64,000 nucleotides of DNA from assembly GCA_963767925.1 (NCBI GenBank), contig CAVYGB010000002.1:608001-672000 (forward strand). The letters are read 5' to 3'. Source of the stretch: an uncultured delta proteobacterium. GTDB taxonomy: Bacteria; Myxococcota_A; Polyangia; Fen-1088. The notes beneath the pieces are model-generated. The model was not told the DNA's origin. It worked only from the letters and a program-made list of their open reading frames with translations, and searched no databases. A program made the translations under genes and the position numbers. Shown piece after piece: positions 30,617 to 40,746 of this stretch; within the stretch, counting starts at the first letter, position 1, and the number at the start of each line of letters is the position of its first letter.

Positions 30617-32338
30617 GTGCAAAAGTATCGACTTCGTAAACAGGGGGACGGGCCGCCCGCGGTCGAGGTCCCTCACCGCGGCGACGCGCTCTTGCGGCAG
30701 CCCATGTTCAGCAAGGGCACCGCCTTCAGCCGCGAGGAGCGGGCGGCCTTCGGGCTCGAGGGGCTGCTGCCGGACGCGGTGAGCACGATGGAGCAGCAGG
30801 TGCGGCGCATGTACCGCAGCATCGAGCGCAAGGAGGATCCGCTCGAGCGGTACATCGGCCTGGCGGCGCTGCAGGACCGCAACGAGCACCTGTTTTTCCG
30901 GCTCCTGGTCGAGCACCTGGAGGACCTGCTGCCCATCGTCTACACCCCGACGGTGGGGCTGGCCTGCCAGCGCTACAGCCACATCTTTCGCCGGGGGCGT
31001 GGCCTCTGGATCACCCCCGGCCACCGCGGGCGCATCGCCGAGGTCCTCGGCAACGCGCCCTTCGAAGACGTGCGCCTCGTCTGCGTCACCGACAACGAGC
31101 GCATCCTGGGCCTCGGCGATCAGGGCGCCGGGGGCATGGGGATCCCCATCGGCAAGCTGGCGATCTACACCGCCGCCGCGGGGATCCACCCCACCCGGAC
31201 GCTGCCGCTGAGCCTCGACGTCGGCACCGACAACCAGGACCTGCTGGCCGACGACCTGTACCTCGGCTGGCGGCAGCCGCGGCTGCGGGGGGCCGCCTAC
31301 GACAGCCTGGTCGAGGAGCTGGTCCAGGCGGTCAAGCTGCGTTTCCCCCTGGCGATCCTGCAGTGGGAGGACTTCAAGAAGGTCAACGCCATCGACCTGC
31401 TGGTCCGCTACCGCGAGACCTTGCCCAGCTTCAACGACGACATCCAGGGGACCGCCGCGGTGGCGGTGGCGGGGATCCTGGCGGCGGGGAGGGTCACGGG
31501 GACGCCCCTGCGCGCGCAGCGGATCGTGATGCTGGGGGCCGGCGCGGCGGGGATCGGCATCGCCCGCCTCCTGCGGTCGGCGCTGCGCGAGGAGGGGCTC
31601 GCCGGCGAGCCGCTGCTGCGGGCGGTGGCCACCGTCGACAGCCGCGGGCTGCTCGTCGACGACCAGGAGATCCGCGACCTGCACAAGCGCGACTTCGCCT
31701 GGCCGGCCGCCCTGGCCGCCGGGCTGGGCCTGGGGCCCGACCGCCCCCGCGACCTCGCCGCCGTGGTGGCGGCGCTGCGGCCCACCGTGCTCATCGGCAC
31801 CACCGGCGAGCCGGGCACCTTCACCGAGCCGGTCATCCGCAGCATGGCGGCGGAGGTCGCCCGACCGGTCGTGATGCCGCTGTCCAACCCGACGAGCTGC
31901 TCGGAGGCCCGCCCGGCCGACGTCATCGCCTGGACGGAGGGCCGCGCGCTCGTCGCCGCGGGCAGCCCTTGCCCCCCGGTCACCTGGGGCGGTCGCACCC
32001 ACCGCATCGGCCAGGGCAACAACGCCTTCGTGTTCCCCGGCATCGGCCTGGGCGCGCTCGTCGTCGAGGCCCGCGCGATCACCGACGGGATGTTCGCGGC
32101 GGCCGCCCGCCGCCTGGCCGAGGAGACCAGCGCGCAGGACCTGGAGGCCGGCAGCCTGTTCCCCGCGGTGGCGGACCTCCGCCGGGTCACCCGGGGCATC
32201 GCCCAGGCGGTCGCGCTCCAGGCCGGCCGCGAAGGGGTGGGCCGCCCGATCGCGGAGGAGGCTGTCGCCGCCGCGGTGGCCGAGGAGACCTGGTTCCCGG
32301 AGTACCCCCGCTATCTGCCTGCCAGCGGCGGGGCCTGA
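30617..32338 (+). CDS. maeA: NAD-dependent malic enzyme
   Basis: LQDRNEHLFF, PIVYTPTVG, VTDNERILGLGDQG, QWEDF, FNDDIQGT, GAGAAGIG, PLSNPT, QGNNAFVFPGIG. Confidence 0.95.
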   Translation: MQKYRLRKQGDGPPAVEVPHRGDALLRQPMFSKGTAFSREERAAFGLEGLLPDAVSTMEQQVRRMYRSIERKEDPLERYIGLAALQDRNEHLFFRLLVEHLEDLLPIVYTPTVGLACQRYSHIFRRGRGLWITPGHRGRIAEVLGNAPFEDVRLVCVTDNERILGLGDQGAGGMGIPIGKLAIYTAAAGIHPTRTLPLSLDVGTDNQDLLADDLYLGWRQPRLRGAAYDSLVEELVQAVKLRFPLAILQWEDFKKVNAIDLLVRYRETLPSFNDDIQGTAAVAVAGILAAGRVTGTPLRAQRIVMLGAGAAGIGIARLLRSALREEGLAGEPLLRAVATVDSRGLLVDDQEIRDLHKRDFAWPAALAAGLGLGPDRPRDLAAVVAALRPTVLIGTTGEPGTFTEPVIRSMAAEVARPVVMPLSNPTSCSEARPADVIAWTEGRALVAAGSPCPPVTWGGRTHRIGQGNNAFVFPGIGLGALVVEARAITDGMFAAAARRLAEETSAQDLEAGSLFPAVADLRRVTRGIAQAVALQAGREGVGRPIAEEAVAAAVAEETWFPEYPRYLPASGGA

Positions 32339-32453
32339 TCCGCCGGGTCACAGGGGATCGCAGGTGAAGGCGGCGGAGGCGGCGCTGGAATTTTTACTCG
32401 ATCGCGTGCCCCCTTGGCGTGCTGCACGGTCGAATTCGGGTAGGATGCGGCAC

Positions 32454-34094
32454 ATGTACGGGCGCGCGGCTTTCACCTTGGTTTTCTTCATTTTCTTCGG
32501 CCTCGGCATGGCCTGCGACGGGTCTTCGTCGGTCCCGGAGACCGCGCTGGCCGACGCGGGCGTGGATGCGCCCGGGGGCCGGACCGGCGCGGCGGATGGA
32601 TCGCCGGCGGGGGAAACGCCGGCGCCCGACGACCGGATCGCGCGCCTCACGCGCGCCCTCGACACGGCGCTGTTCGACTGTCCCGACCGGGTGTGGCCGG
32701 AGACCGCGGCCAGCTACCGCACCAGCCAGGTGCTCTTCGTCTCGCCGAAGACGAAGACGGCGCACCTGTGGAACGACCAGCGACAGGGCCCGACGGCCGA
32801 GCGCCCCCGCGTGAGCGAGGTGCCCTTCGGCGACCTGGGGCCAGAGTGGCTGTCCACCTTCCACGTCGACCGGCTGTTCGGTCATCCGACCCTCGGCATC
32901 TCGCTCGACGCCGCCGCCCGCGTCGACCAGATCCTCGCCGAGGTGGGCGCGCCCCGCTGGCACGAATACGCCGTGGAGCTGACGCTGCACGAGGCCTTCC
33001 ACTTCATCGGATCGCAACCCCGCTGGCCGTCGCCCGGCCCGGGCGGAACACGGTCCATCGCCTACCCCGAGCGGGTCGAGCCGCGCCAGGTGCGCGCCGC
33101 CCTGGCGGGATCGCTGCTGGCCCACCTGCGCGAGGGGCGGGGCCTGGGCGCGGCCGCGTTCTGGCAGGCGCGCTTCACCGGCGAGCACGCCGCCGAGGCC
33201 AGCGCCATCCGCCGCACGGACATCAACGAGGGGACGGCCGAATACGCCGCGCTGGCCGGCAGCGCGCTGGTCGAGCACGGCTGCGGGGCCAGCGAGGCGA
33301 CGCTGGTGCAGGCGATGCTGGCCCACCTCGACGCCTTCCTGGACAGCGGCAGCTTCAACGGCGGCAGCGAGCCCTACCAGCTCGGCCTGCTCGCCGGGCT
33401 CGCCGCCCGGGCGCAGGGCGCCGCCAGCGCCGGGTGGGAGGCGCGGGTGCAGGCGGGCGAGACGCCGGTCCAGGTGCTGGTCGGCGCCACGACGCCCACC
33501 CCGGAGGCCGACGATCCCGCCCTGATCGCCCGCGTACGCACCGCGGTCGGCGCTCGCAACCGCGAGATCGAGGTCGAGGTGGGGCCGCTGCTGGCGCGCA
33601 TGCGCAGCAAGGACCACGTCCGGTTGCCGATCCCCTCGGCCTGGACCGCCGGCTCGTTCCGGCTCGCGGGCTTCGTGACCCTGGTCGACGAACCCGGGCA
33701 GCCCGACGTGCTGCTGGAGTACAGCGCCAGCCACCGCGTTCCGGAGACCGGCTCCACCATCACCGTCACCGGCCAGACCCTGATGGAGGGCCGCCCCGAC
33801 GCCTGCGGCCCGGCGACCCGGGACATGCGCATCGCCACCTTCCCCACCACCGCCGCAGTCGCCGACCCCACCGGCGCCAGCTTCACCGTCGGCACCCCCG
33901 AGGTGAAGTTCAGCGGCCTGGCCGCGACGCTGGTCGAGGACGCCACCGGCCTCACCTGGATGTGCCCCGCCGCCAGCGCCCCACCCGCCGCCGCCGCCGT
34001 CGCGACGGCACCCCGAGCAACGGCGATCCCCTCCCCCGCCGCCACCCCCCCGCTCCCCTGCGACCGCCTCCGCTGGCTCGCCAAGCCGATGTAG
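32454..34094 (+). CDS. Hypothetical lipoprotein, gluzincin-like Zn metallopeptidase
   Basis: Lipobox GMAC; LHEAFH plus downstream NEGTAEY. Confidence 0.7.
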   Translation: MYGRAAFTLVFFIFFGLGMACDGSSSVPETALADAGVDAPGGRTGAADGSPAGETPAPDDRIARLTRALDTALFDCPDRVWPETAASYRTSQVLFVSPKTKTAHLWNDQRQGPTAERPRVSEVPFGDLGPEWLSTFHVDRLFGHPTLGISLDAAARVDQILAEVGAPRWHEYAVELTLHEAFHFIGSQPRWPSPGPGGTRSIAYPERVEPRQVRAALAGSLLAHLREGRGLGAAAFWQARFTGEHAAEASAIRRTDINEGTAEYAALAGSALVEHGCGASEATLVQAMLAHLDAFLDSGSFNGGSEPYQLGLLAGLAARAQGAASAGWEARVQAGETPVQVLVGATTPTPEADDPALIARVRTAVGARNREIEVEVGPLLARMRSKDHVRLPIPSAWTAGSFRLAGFVTLVDEPGQPDVLLEYSASHRVPETGSTITVTGQTLMEGRPDACGPATRDMRIATFPTTAAVADPTGASFTVGTPEVKFSGLAATLVEDATGLTWMCPAASAPPAAAAVATAPRATAIPSPAATPPLPCDRLRWLAKPM

Positions 34095-34174
34095 CCGACC
34101 AACTCGACGCACGCCCCAATTCCCGACCGACCTCGCCGAGCGGATGGCCGCCCGCCTGCCCCGACGCTGAAGAC

Positions 34175-34327
34175 GGCCCGCGCGAGGCCGGCGCGCACGC
34201 GGATCACGCGGGCGACGGATTCGCGGCCCGCGCGAGGCCGGCGCGAACGCGGATCACGCGGGCGACGGATTCGCGGCCTGCTCGAGGACGGCGCGCACGC
34301 GGGTCACGCGGGCGACGGATTCGCGGC
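34175..34327. repeat. 50-bp tandem repeat x3
   Basis: ggcccgcgcgaggccggcgcgcacgcggatcacgcgggcgacggattcgc at 34175, 34225 and 34275. Confidence 0.95.
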
Positions 34328-34362
34328 GTGACTGGGAGGGGCGGCCATGGCAAGAGTCGGGC

Positions 34363-35499
34363 ATGCGAGCCCGCTCACCGGCCACCGACTGCGCGCAGGC
34401 GCTCCACACAATCGACCCCGCTACCGGCGGGATCGTGCCGCCGCTGCAGCCCTCGACCACCTACGCGCGCGGCGCCGACTACCAGCCGGTCGGCGGGCGC
34501 GTCTACGTCCGGGACGCGCTGCCCACGGTCGAGCCGGCAGAGCGGCTGATCGCCCGGCTGGAGGGCGGCGCCGAGGCGCTGCTGTTCGCCAGCGGGATGG
34601 CGGCGGCGACGGCGGTGTTCCGGGCGCTGTGCCGGCCCGGCGACCACCTGGTGGCCCAGGACGTGATGTACTTCGGGCTGCGGGTCTGGCTGCGCGACTT
34701 CGCCGCCCGCTGGGGGGTGGACCTTGACCTGGTGGACGCGGGCCAGCCCGGGGCGCTCGCCGGCGCCGTGCGGCCGGGCAAGACCCGGCTGGTCTGGGTG
34801 GAGACGCCCGCCAACCCGAGCTGGGACGTCGTCGATCTGGCGGCGGCCGCGCAGGTGGCCCACCAGGCGGGGGCGCTCCTGGCGGTCGACTCGACGGTGG
34901 CCACCCCCGTGCACACCCGCCCGATCGAACACGGCGCGGACGTGGTCATGCACGCCGCGACCAAGTACCTCAACGGACACAGCGACGTCCTGGCCGGCGC
35001 GCTGGTGACCCCCCAGCGCGACGCCGTCTGGGAGGCCCTGCGCGAGCACCGCCAGCAGGACGGAGGCTGCCTGGGCGCCTTCGAGGCCTGGCTGCTGCTG
35101 CGGGGCATGCGCACGCTCTACCCGCGGGTCGAGCGCCAGAGCGCCAGCGCCCTCGAGCTGGCCACCCGCCTGCAACGGGTGCCCGGCGTGCAGGTGCTCT
35201 ACCCGGGGCTCCCCGGCCATCCCGGCCACGCCACCGCCCTCCGCCAGATGCGGGGCGGCTTCGGGGGGATGCTCTCCCTCCGCCTGGCCGCCGGGCGGGA
35301 GGCCGCCCTCGCCGTCGCCGCCCGCCTCGAGCTGTTCGTCCGGGCGACCTCGCTGGGCGGCGTCGAGAGCCTCGTCGAGCACCGCCACACCGTCGAGGGC
35401 CGCGACACCGTCGCCCCCCCCGACCTGCTCCGCCTCTCGGTCGGCATCGAGGACGTCGAGGACCTCTGGGCCGACCTCGAACAGGCCCTGCGCCCCTGA
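34363..35499 (+). CDS. Cys/Met metabolism PLP-dependent enzyme (cystathionine gamma-synthase/lyase family)
   Basis: FASGMAA, WVETPANP, VDST, HAATKYLNGHSDV (PLP Lys), SLGGVESL, LRLSVGIED. Confidence 0.92.
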   Translation: MRARSPATDCAQALHTIDPATGGIVPPLQPSTTYARGADYQPVGGRVYVRDALPTVEPAERLIARLEGGAEALLFASGMAAATAVFRALCRPGDHLVAQDVMYFGLRVWLRDFAARWGVDLDLVDAGQPGALAGAVRPGKTRLVWVETPANPSWDVVDLAAAAQVAHQAGALLAVDSTVATPVHTRPIEHGADVVMHAATKYLNGHSDVLAGALVTPQRDAVWEALREHRQQDGGCLGAFEAWLLLRGMRTLYPRVERQSASALELATRLQRVPGVQVLYPGLPGHPGHATALRQMRGGFGGMLSLRLAAGREAALAVAARLELFVRATSLGGVESLVEHRHTVEGRDTVAPPDLLRLSVGIEDVEDLWADLEQALRP

Positions 35500-35500
35500 C

Positions 35501-35686
35501 CTAGGCCCGGGGCGTCGAGGGGTGGCGGGGGGCGCGGGCGGCGGTGTCGAAGGCGAGGTCGAGGAAGGTGGTCCGCCGGCCGCGGATCAGCGCCCCGAGG
35601 CAGCGTATGGCGCATCGCGGACCGAACTCGCGCCAGATCAGCCCGAGGTGCCTCGCGACCTGCTTGTTGCCGATGATGCCGACCAT
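35501..35686 (-). CDS. Small hypothetical protein (61 aa)
   Basis: SD aaggag 7 nt before the ATG; non-repetitive amphipathic sequence. Confidence 0.55.
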   Translation of the reverse strand: MVGIIGNKQVARHLGLIWREFGPRCAIRCLGALIRGRRTTFLDLAFDTAARAPRHPSTPRA

Positions 35687-35730
35687 GACGATCTCCTTCC
35701 AGCAATACGACGAAGCAGACCCCTCGGTTT

Positions 35731-36000
35731 CTACAAACCGGGCTCAACTTTTCGGCGGCGCCTCCGGGCGATGACGATCCCGCCGAGCCCCCCGAGCGCC
35801 AGGGCCAGCGGCAAGGCGCCGATCGGTGAGGCACCCGACGCCCCGGCCGCGACGGCGCAGCCCTGAGCGCGGGCGGGCGCCGGGTCGGGCGACAGCGGCG
35901 CGGCGGCGGCGGGGCCGAAGGTCTCGGGCGGCTGGGCGTTGCACGGCAGGTCGGCGGTGATCGCCTCTCCCGTGTGGGCGACAGCGAGGACCCGATGTGG
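35731..36000 (-). pseudogene. Orphan MYXO-CTERM-like C-terminal sorting tail
   Basis: Pro linker-QGCAVAAG...LPLALALGGLGGIVIA-RRRRRK; no credible upstream coding body. Confidence 0.5.
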
Positions 36001-36212
36001 TCCCCGGCACCCGGCGGCCCCGCGGACGCCGACGCGCGGTCGACGTGCCCACCAACGCGCGCATTTTTTACCTGACCCCGGGGCGAACCGGCGGTCCCTG
36101 GGGTTGTTTTCCGCGTTCAATGGGCTGTCCTCGCCACCTCGAACAGCACCCTTCATGCCAGACCAGGCACCCCGGGGAGCGGCCCCGATCGCGGGGCCGG
36201 GGCGCTCCGGTC

Positions 36213-37397
36213 TCAGGGCACGGGGAGGTTCGCCGGGACGAGGTCGAGCGTGCGCTTCGGCGTGTAGCGGGGGGCGCCAGGGTGGCCGGGGAAGCCGCGG
36301 GCTCCCACCGGGATGCGGTAGACGCCGTTCGAGGCGACGGTGGTGAAGACCTCGTCCAGGTTGGGCCCGCCGAAGGTGAGGTTGGTGGTGCTGGGCCCGC
36401 CGGCGCCGATGGTGGCGAGGACCTGGCGCCGGGTCACGTCGACGATGGCGAGGCGGCCCGGTCCGTAGAGCGCGACCCACAGGTTGCCCCAGGCGTCGAA
36501 CGCGCAGCCGTCGCCGCCGCTCTCGAGGGTGATCACGGCCTCGACCGGGCCGAACGCGCCGCCCGCCCCGGGCAAGGCCGCGCGCAGCACGCGCGCCCCG
36601 CTGATGAAGTAGAGGTTCTCGCTCGCGGGATCGACCTCGACGCCGTTGGGGCTGGCGAGGTTGGCCAGGACGCGCGACACCTGCCCCTCGGGCGTGATGC
36701 GGAAGATCGCAGTACGGTAGTCGGAGAAGTAGATGTTTCCCTCGGCGTCGACCGTGACGTCGTTGCTGTTGGTGGCGAGATCGTCGGAGAGGACGGCGAC
36801 CTTTCCATCGGGGAGCACCTGCATCAGCTTGTGCTCCCGCCCGCAGACGAGCAGGCTGCCGTCGGCCAGCCGGTACGAGCCGACCGAAAACGCCAGCTCG
36901 GGGAGATAGCGGTAGAGCTTCCGATCGGCGGCGATGCGCATGAGCCCGTCGCGGTGGCCGAAGAACACCTCGCCGTCGCGCCAGCTCGGACCCTCGCAGG
37001 GGGTCGCCACCTGCACCAGCCGCTCGGGCCGCGCCGCCCGCACCGCCGCCAGCGGAAACACCCCCAGCCCCGGCGCGGCGTCGGCGGCACCCGCATCGGC
37101 GATCGCCCCATCCTCCCCGCCCCCCGCATCTGGCGCCGCCGGCGGAGCGGTCTCGGCGGCGGCCGCGTCGATCGCCGGTGACGGCGGGGGCACCGACGGC
37201 GCCGGCGCGGGTCCCGGCTCCATCCGCGGCGCCGCGTCCCTGAAGTCCGGGCCCCCAGGCTTGCCCGCCGGCTGCCCCCCCGGCAGCGCCGGAGGCGGGA
37301 CCGGCGATTCCGGATCGTTCCCCGAGGAGCAGGCCAGGGTGATCAGGGTGATCGCGAACGGCAGCAACAAGGAGAGGCGGCGATGGGGGGGCATCAC
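36213..37397 (-). CDS. SMP-30/gluconolactonase/LRE family lipoprotein
   Basis: Lipobox TLAC; CEGPSW, SNDVTVD..GNIYFSD, SPNGV, GDGCAFDAWGNLWV, TNLTFGG. Confidence 0.9.
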   Translation of the reverse strand: MMPPHRRLSLLLPFAITLITLACSSGNDPESPVPPPALPGGQPAGKPGGPDFRDAAPRMEPGPAPAPSVPPPSPAIDAAAAETAPPAAPDAGGGEDGAIADAGAADAAPGLGVFPLAAVRAARPERLVQVATPCEGPSWRDGEVFFGHRDGLMRIAADRKLYRYLPELAFSVGSYRLADGSLLVCGREHKLMQVLPDGKVAVLSDDLATNSNDVTVDAEGNIYFSDYRTAIFRITPEGQVSRVLANLASPNGVEVDPASENLYFISGARVLRAALPGAGGAFGPVEAVITLESGGDGCAFDAWGNLWVALYGPGRLAIVDVTRRQVLATIGAGGPSTTNLTFGGPNLDEVFTTVASNGVYRIPVGARGFPGHPGAPRYTPKRTLDLVPANLPVP

Positions 37398-37515
37398 CCG
37401 GCGCATCCTAGTCGATCGGCACCGCCGCGAAGGGCTCGCGGGTCGGGCGCCCCTCATCCGTGCGCCGCCCCCCAACGTCAGACCCGTCAGGCCACGGGCA
37501 GGGGGGATGCGACCG

Positions 37516-37986
37516 TCAGGACGGCTTCACGCCGCCGCTGCGAGACGGTGTCGGCCGGCCGAGAGGGGGCGGAGCCCCGCCTGCGTCGGGCAAGGGCACC
37601 GGCGGCGTCTGGCCCCCGGGCGTGGCCAGCGCGTGGACGAGGGCCACGAGGGCGGCGGGGTCGAAGGGCTTGCGGATCATGCGGGCCTCGGGCACCGGGG
37701 CGCCGAGCTGCGAGCTCAGCCCGGTCATGCCGAGGACGGGGATGTTGGCGAGCTTCTCGCGCCGGCCCATCTCCGCGATCAGCTCCCAGGCGTTGAGGCC
37801 GGGCATGAGCACGTCCAGCAGCACCACCGCCGGCCGCTCGTTCTGGCACAGGTAGCTGAGGGCGGCCTTTCCATTGGCCACGGCGATGACCTTGTATCCC
37901 GCGTCCTCGAGGAGGGTGGATATGCTTTGACGAACGTCCGGGTCGTCGTCTGCGACGAGCACCGATTGCATCAGATCCTGCGACAT
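37516..37986 (-). CDS. Single-domain response regulator (REC)
   Basis: VLVADDD, LLDVLMP, MTG, RKPFD. Confidence 0.9.
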   Translation of the reverse strand: MSQDLMQSVLVADDDPDVRQSISTLLEDAGYKVIAVANGKAALSYLCQNERPAVVLLDVLMPGLNAWELIAEMGRREKLANIPVLGMTGLSSQLGAPVPEARMIRKPFDPAALVALVHALATPGGQTPPVPLPDAGGAPPPLGRPTPSRSGGVKPS

Positions 37987-38168
37987 CACTCGCCAGCAAA
38001 GGTAAACGTTGACGCGCCCCCGGACAAGCCGCCGGAGGCAGGGCTTACTACCGAATCGTGGAAAGGCGCCCTGCGGACCCACCGGGCGTGCAGGCGACGC
38101 GCAGGAACTGGTGCGGGGCCCGGGCCATTCCCGCCGCTGCCGGCTGCGCCCGCGTTATCCTGCGGGAC

Positions 38169-39062
38169 ATGGGTTCGCTGCTGGCCGTCTTCTGGGTGCT
38201 CTCCGCAACCGCGACCGCCGCCCCCGCGAAAGGGGGACCCCCGTCGGTCGCGCTGACCTTCGACGACGCCACCGACAAGCCGGACACGAACGCCGGGATC
38301 CTGAAGGCGCTGGCCGACGCGAAGCTCGGCAGCGTGCTGTTCGTCGCCGGCAGGCACGTGGACTCGCCGCAGGGGCTGGCGCAGGTGCGCCGCTGGGGAG
38401 CCGCCGGCCACCTGATCGGAAACCACTCCTACGCCCACGAGAGCCTCAGCAGCCCGGAGATCTCCCTGGACGCCTTCCAGGCGGACGTCCTGCGAAACGA
38501 GACGCTGCTGCGCGACCTGCCGAAGTTCACCCGCATCTTCCGCTTTCCCTTCCTGCACGAGGGGGATACCGCCGCCAAGCGGGATGGCTTCCGGGCGTTC
38601 CTGCGCGAGAAGAAGTACCGGCTCGGGACGGTGACCATCGACGCCAGCGACTGGTACTACGACGCCCGCTTCCGCCGCTGGAAGAAGCAGCACCCGGGCG
38701 CCGACCCCGCCCCCTTCCGGGCCGCGTACCTGGCCCACCTGTGGGATCGCACCCAGTTCTACGATGGCCTGGCCAGGAAGGTCCTGGGGCGGAACGTGAA
38801 ACACACGCTCCTGCTGCACACCAACCCGCTCAACGCCGCGTTCCTCCCCGACGTCATCCGGATGTTCCGCGAGAAGAAGTGGTTGCTGATCGATGCCACG
38901 GAGGCCTTCCAGGACCCGGTCAACGCCCAGCAACCCGACATCTTGCCCGCCGGCCACAGCGTGATCTGGGGCCTGGCCAGCGCCCGCGGAGAAAGGGCGC
39001 TGCGGCTTCCGGCCGAGGACGAGCAATACGAAAAGCCGATCCTGGACGCCGCCGGCCTGTAG
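38169..39062 (+). CDS. Polysaccharide deacetylase (CE4)
   Basis: ALTFDD, IGNHSYAH, FRFPFL, DASDW, LLLH. Confidence 0.9.
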   Translation: MGSLLAVFWVLSATATAAPAKGGPPSVALTFDDATDKPDTNAGILKALADAKLGSVLFVAGRHVDSPQGLAQVRRWGAAGHLIGNHSYAHESLSSPEISLDAFQADVLRNETLLRDLPKFTRIFRFPFLHEGDTAAKRDGFRAFLREKKYRLGTVTIDASDWYYDARFRRWKKQHPGADPAPFRAAYLAHLWDRTQFYDGLARKVLGRNVKHTLLLHTNPLNAAFLPDVIRMFREKKWLLIDATEAFQDPVNAQQPDILPAGHSVIWGLASARGERALRLPAEDEQYEKPILDAAGL

Positions 39063-39134
39063 CCCGGGACGACGGCGCCAAGCAAGGACGCCGCCGGCGG
39101 TAGGCGCGCGGGTGACCGCGGCGATCGAGGCGGG

Positions 39135-39674
39135 TCAGAGACTGAAGGGGGCCTTGCCGGCGCAGGGGGGCTCGACGGTGGAGGGGACAGTGAGAGCGAA
39201 GGTGCTGTCGCCGTGGCGGACCTGGTAGGTCCCCGGCGGCAGGGGGCCGGTCGAGCAGGTCGCGGACAGGGAGCGGCAATCGGCGCTGCAGATCGAGCCC
39301 GCCTCCCGGTAAGAGGCGCGGCTGCGCACGCGGATGACGTCGTCGCCTTCCATGGTCGCGGTGCAGGTGGCCTGCTCGTCGTGGCTGCAGGAGCTGCTCA
39401 GGCAGTCGGGCGCGGTGACGACGATGTCGATCCCGCGATTGGCCGGGTAGCTGAACGGTTCGCTCTGGAGTCGCGATTGGCCAGGGGTGCCGGCCGGGTA
39501 AAGGCATATCTGTCCCTCGTCCTCGAAGCTGTGGCTGGTGCCGAGCGGATCACAGGACAGCGCGAGCAGCGACAGGATCGCGACATGCAGGTCGCGCGAC
39601 GCGGGCGCGCAGGGCGTACGGTGGGTTGCAGGCTCATGGGATCGACAGGCAGCAATGGGCGGGCCAGCGCGCAA
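39135..39674 (-). CDS. Cys-rich hypothetical lipoprotein (start uncertain)
   Basis: Lipobox LALSC; CLSSSC, ICSADC, LPPGTYQVRHG. Confidence 0.6.
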   Translation of the reverse strand: MRAGPPIAACRSHEPATHRTPCAPASRDLHVAILSLLALSCDPLGTSHSFEDEGQICLYPAGTPGQSRLQSEPFSYPANRGIDIVVTAPDCLSSSCSHDEQATCTATMEGDDVIRVRSRASYREAGSICSADCRSLSATCSTGPLPPGTYQVRHGDSTFALTVPSTVEPPCAGKAPFSL

Positions 39675-39808
39675 CGGCCCCGCACGGGGCGGCGGTGACG
39701 CAGGCGCGCGACAGCGCGGCTTCCTTTTCGTCCACCCTGCGCTAACCTGAGGCCGGTGGAGCGGGCGGCGCGCGCGGGCGGTTCAATCGAGCAACGCCGA
39801 GGTTTCGA

Positions 39809-40606
39809 ATGATGGATCCAAGGAAACGCAGCCTGTGGTTGGCCGTGCTTGCGCTCGCGACGCCGGCTTGCATCGAGGTGGTCGACAGGGGTCGCGGCGA
39901 CGGCGGCGCCCGGACCGATGCGCCCGCCTCGGCCGACGGGGCGTCGATGCCGTCCGCCTCCGCGCCGGGCGGCGGGCTGAGCGCCGGCCTCATCAGCCGC
40001 TGGAAGCTCGACGAGCCCTCGGGAGACACGACCGCGGACGGCAGCGGCCCCAACCCCGGGATGCTGAGCGGCCCCGCCCGCACCACCACCGGGTTTCCCG
40101 GGGCCAAGTACCCCAACCCGGGGGCGCTGCGCTTCGACGGCGACGACGACTTCGTCGAGCTGGGCACCATGAACCTGCCGGCCAACAACCGCCCGCAGAG
40201 CGTGAGCTTCTGGTTCGAGATCGCCGCCATGCCGGCCGCCGAGCAGATCTGCGTCTCGCTGACCGATGGCATGGACGGCGGCTCCCGCCTGAAGCTCGGC
40301 TTCCGGGGCAACCGGGTGGCCGCCTGGAAGCGGGGGGGCGACGACCTCGCGAGCGGCCCGCCCGTGACGGCCGGCTGGCACCACTTCGCCTACACCTTCG
40401 ACGGAACCACGCACACCCTCTACATCGACGGCATGCAGGCCGGCACCTCCATGATGCCCGGCGATACCGGCCCTGCCGCCAGCGCCCGCCTGGGCGCCGG
40501 CCACAACAACGCCGAGAACTTCGCCGGCCAGATCGACGAGGTCCGCGTCTACGGCCGCGCCCTCACCGCCGCCGAGGTGACCGCCCTGCGCGAGGGCCGC
40601 GAGTAG
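39809..40606 (+). CDS. LamG-like jellyroll domain lipoprotein
   Basis: Lipobox TPAC; LISRWKLDE, ALRFDG, WHHFAYTFDG..LYIDG, FAGQIDEVRVYGRALT. Confidence 0.9.
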   Translation: MMDPRKRSLWLAVLALATPACIEVVDRGRGDGGARTDAPASADGASMPSASAPGGGLSAGLISRWKLDEPSGDTTADGSGPNPGMLSGPARTTTGFPGAKYPNPGALRFDGDDDFVELGTMNLPANNRPQSVSFWFEIAAMPAAEQICVSLTDGMDGGSRLKLGFRGNRVAAWKRGGDDLASGPPVTAGWHHFAYTFDGTTHTLYIDGMQAGTSMMPGDTGPAASARLGAGHNNAENFAGQIDEVRVYGRALTAAEVTALREGRE

Positions 40607-40746
40607 CCGCAGGAAGGGGCGTCACCTCATCCACAGGCGGTGACCTCGGTCTCACGCCGCCGCGGTTCTCGGCGCCGGAGACGACCCCGGCAAGATTGGC
40701 GGTTTTGTTCAAGAGCGCACGGGGCGCTCTGTGGGACTTTAGGCCC

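Noticed and set aside
34095..34362. SAM riboswitch upstream of the Cys/Met enzyme
   Set aside because: No SAM-I/II consensus visible; the region is explained by a tandem repeat
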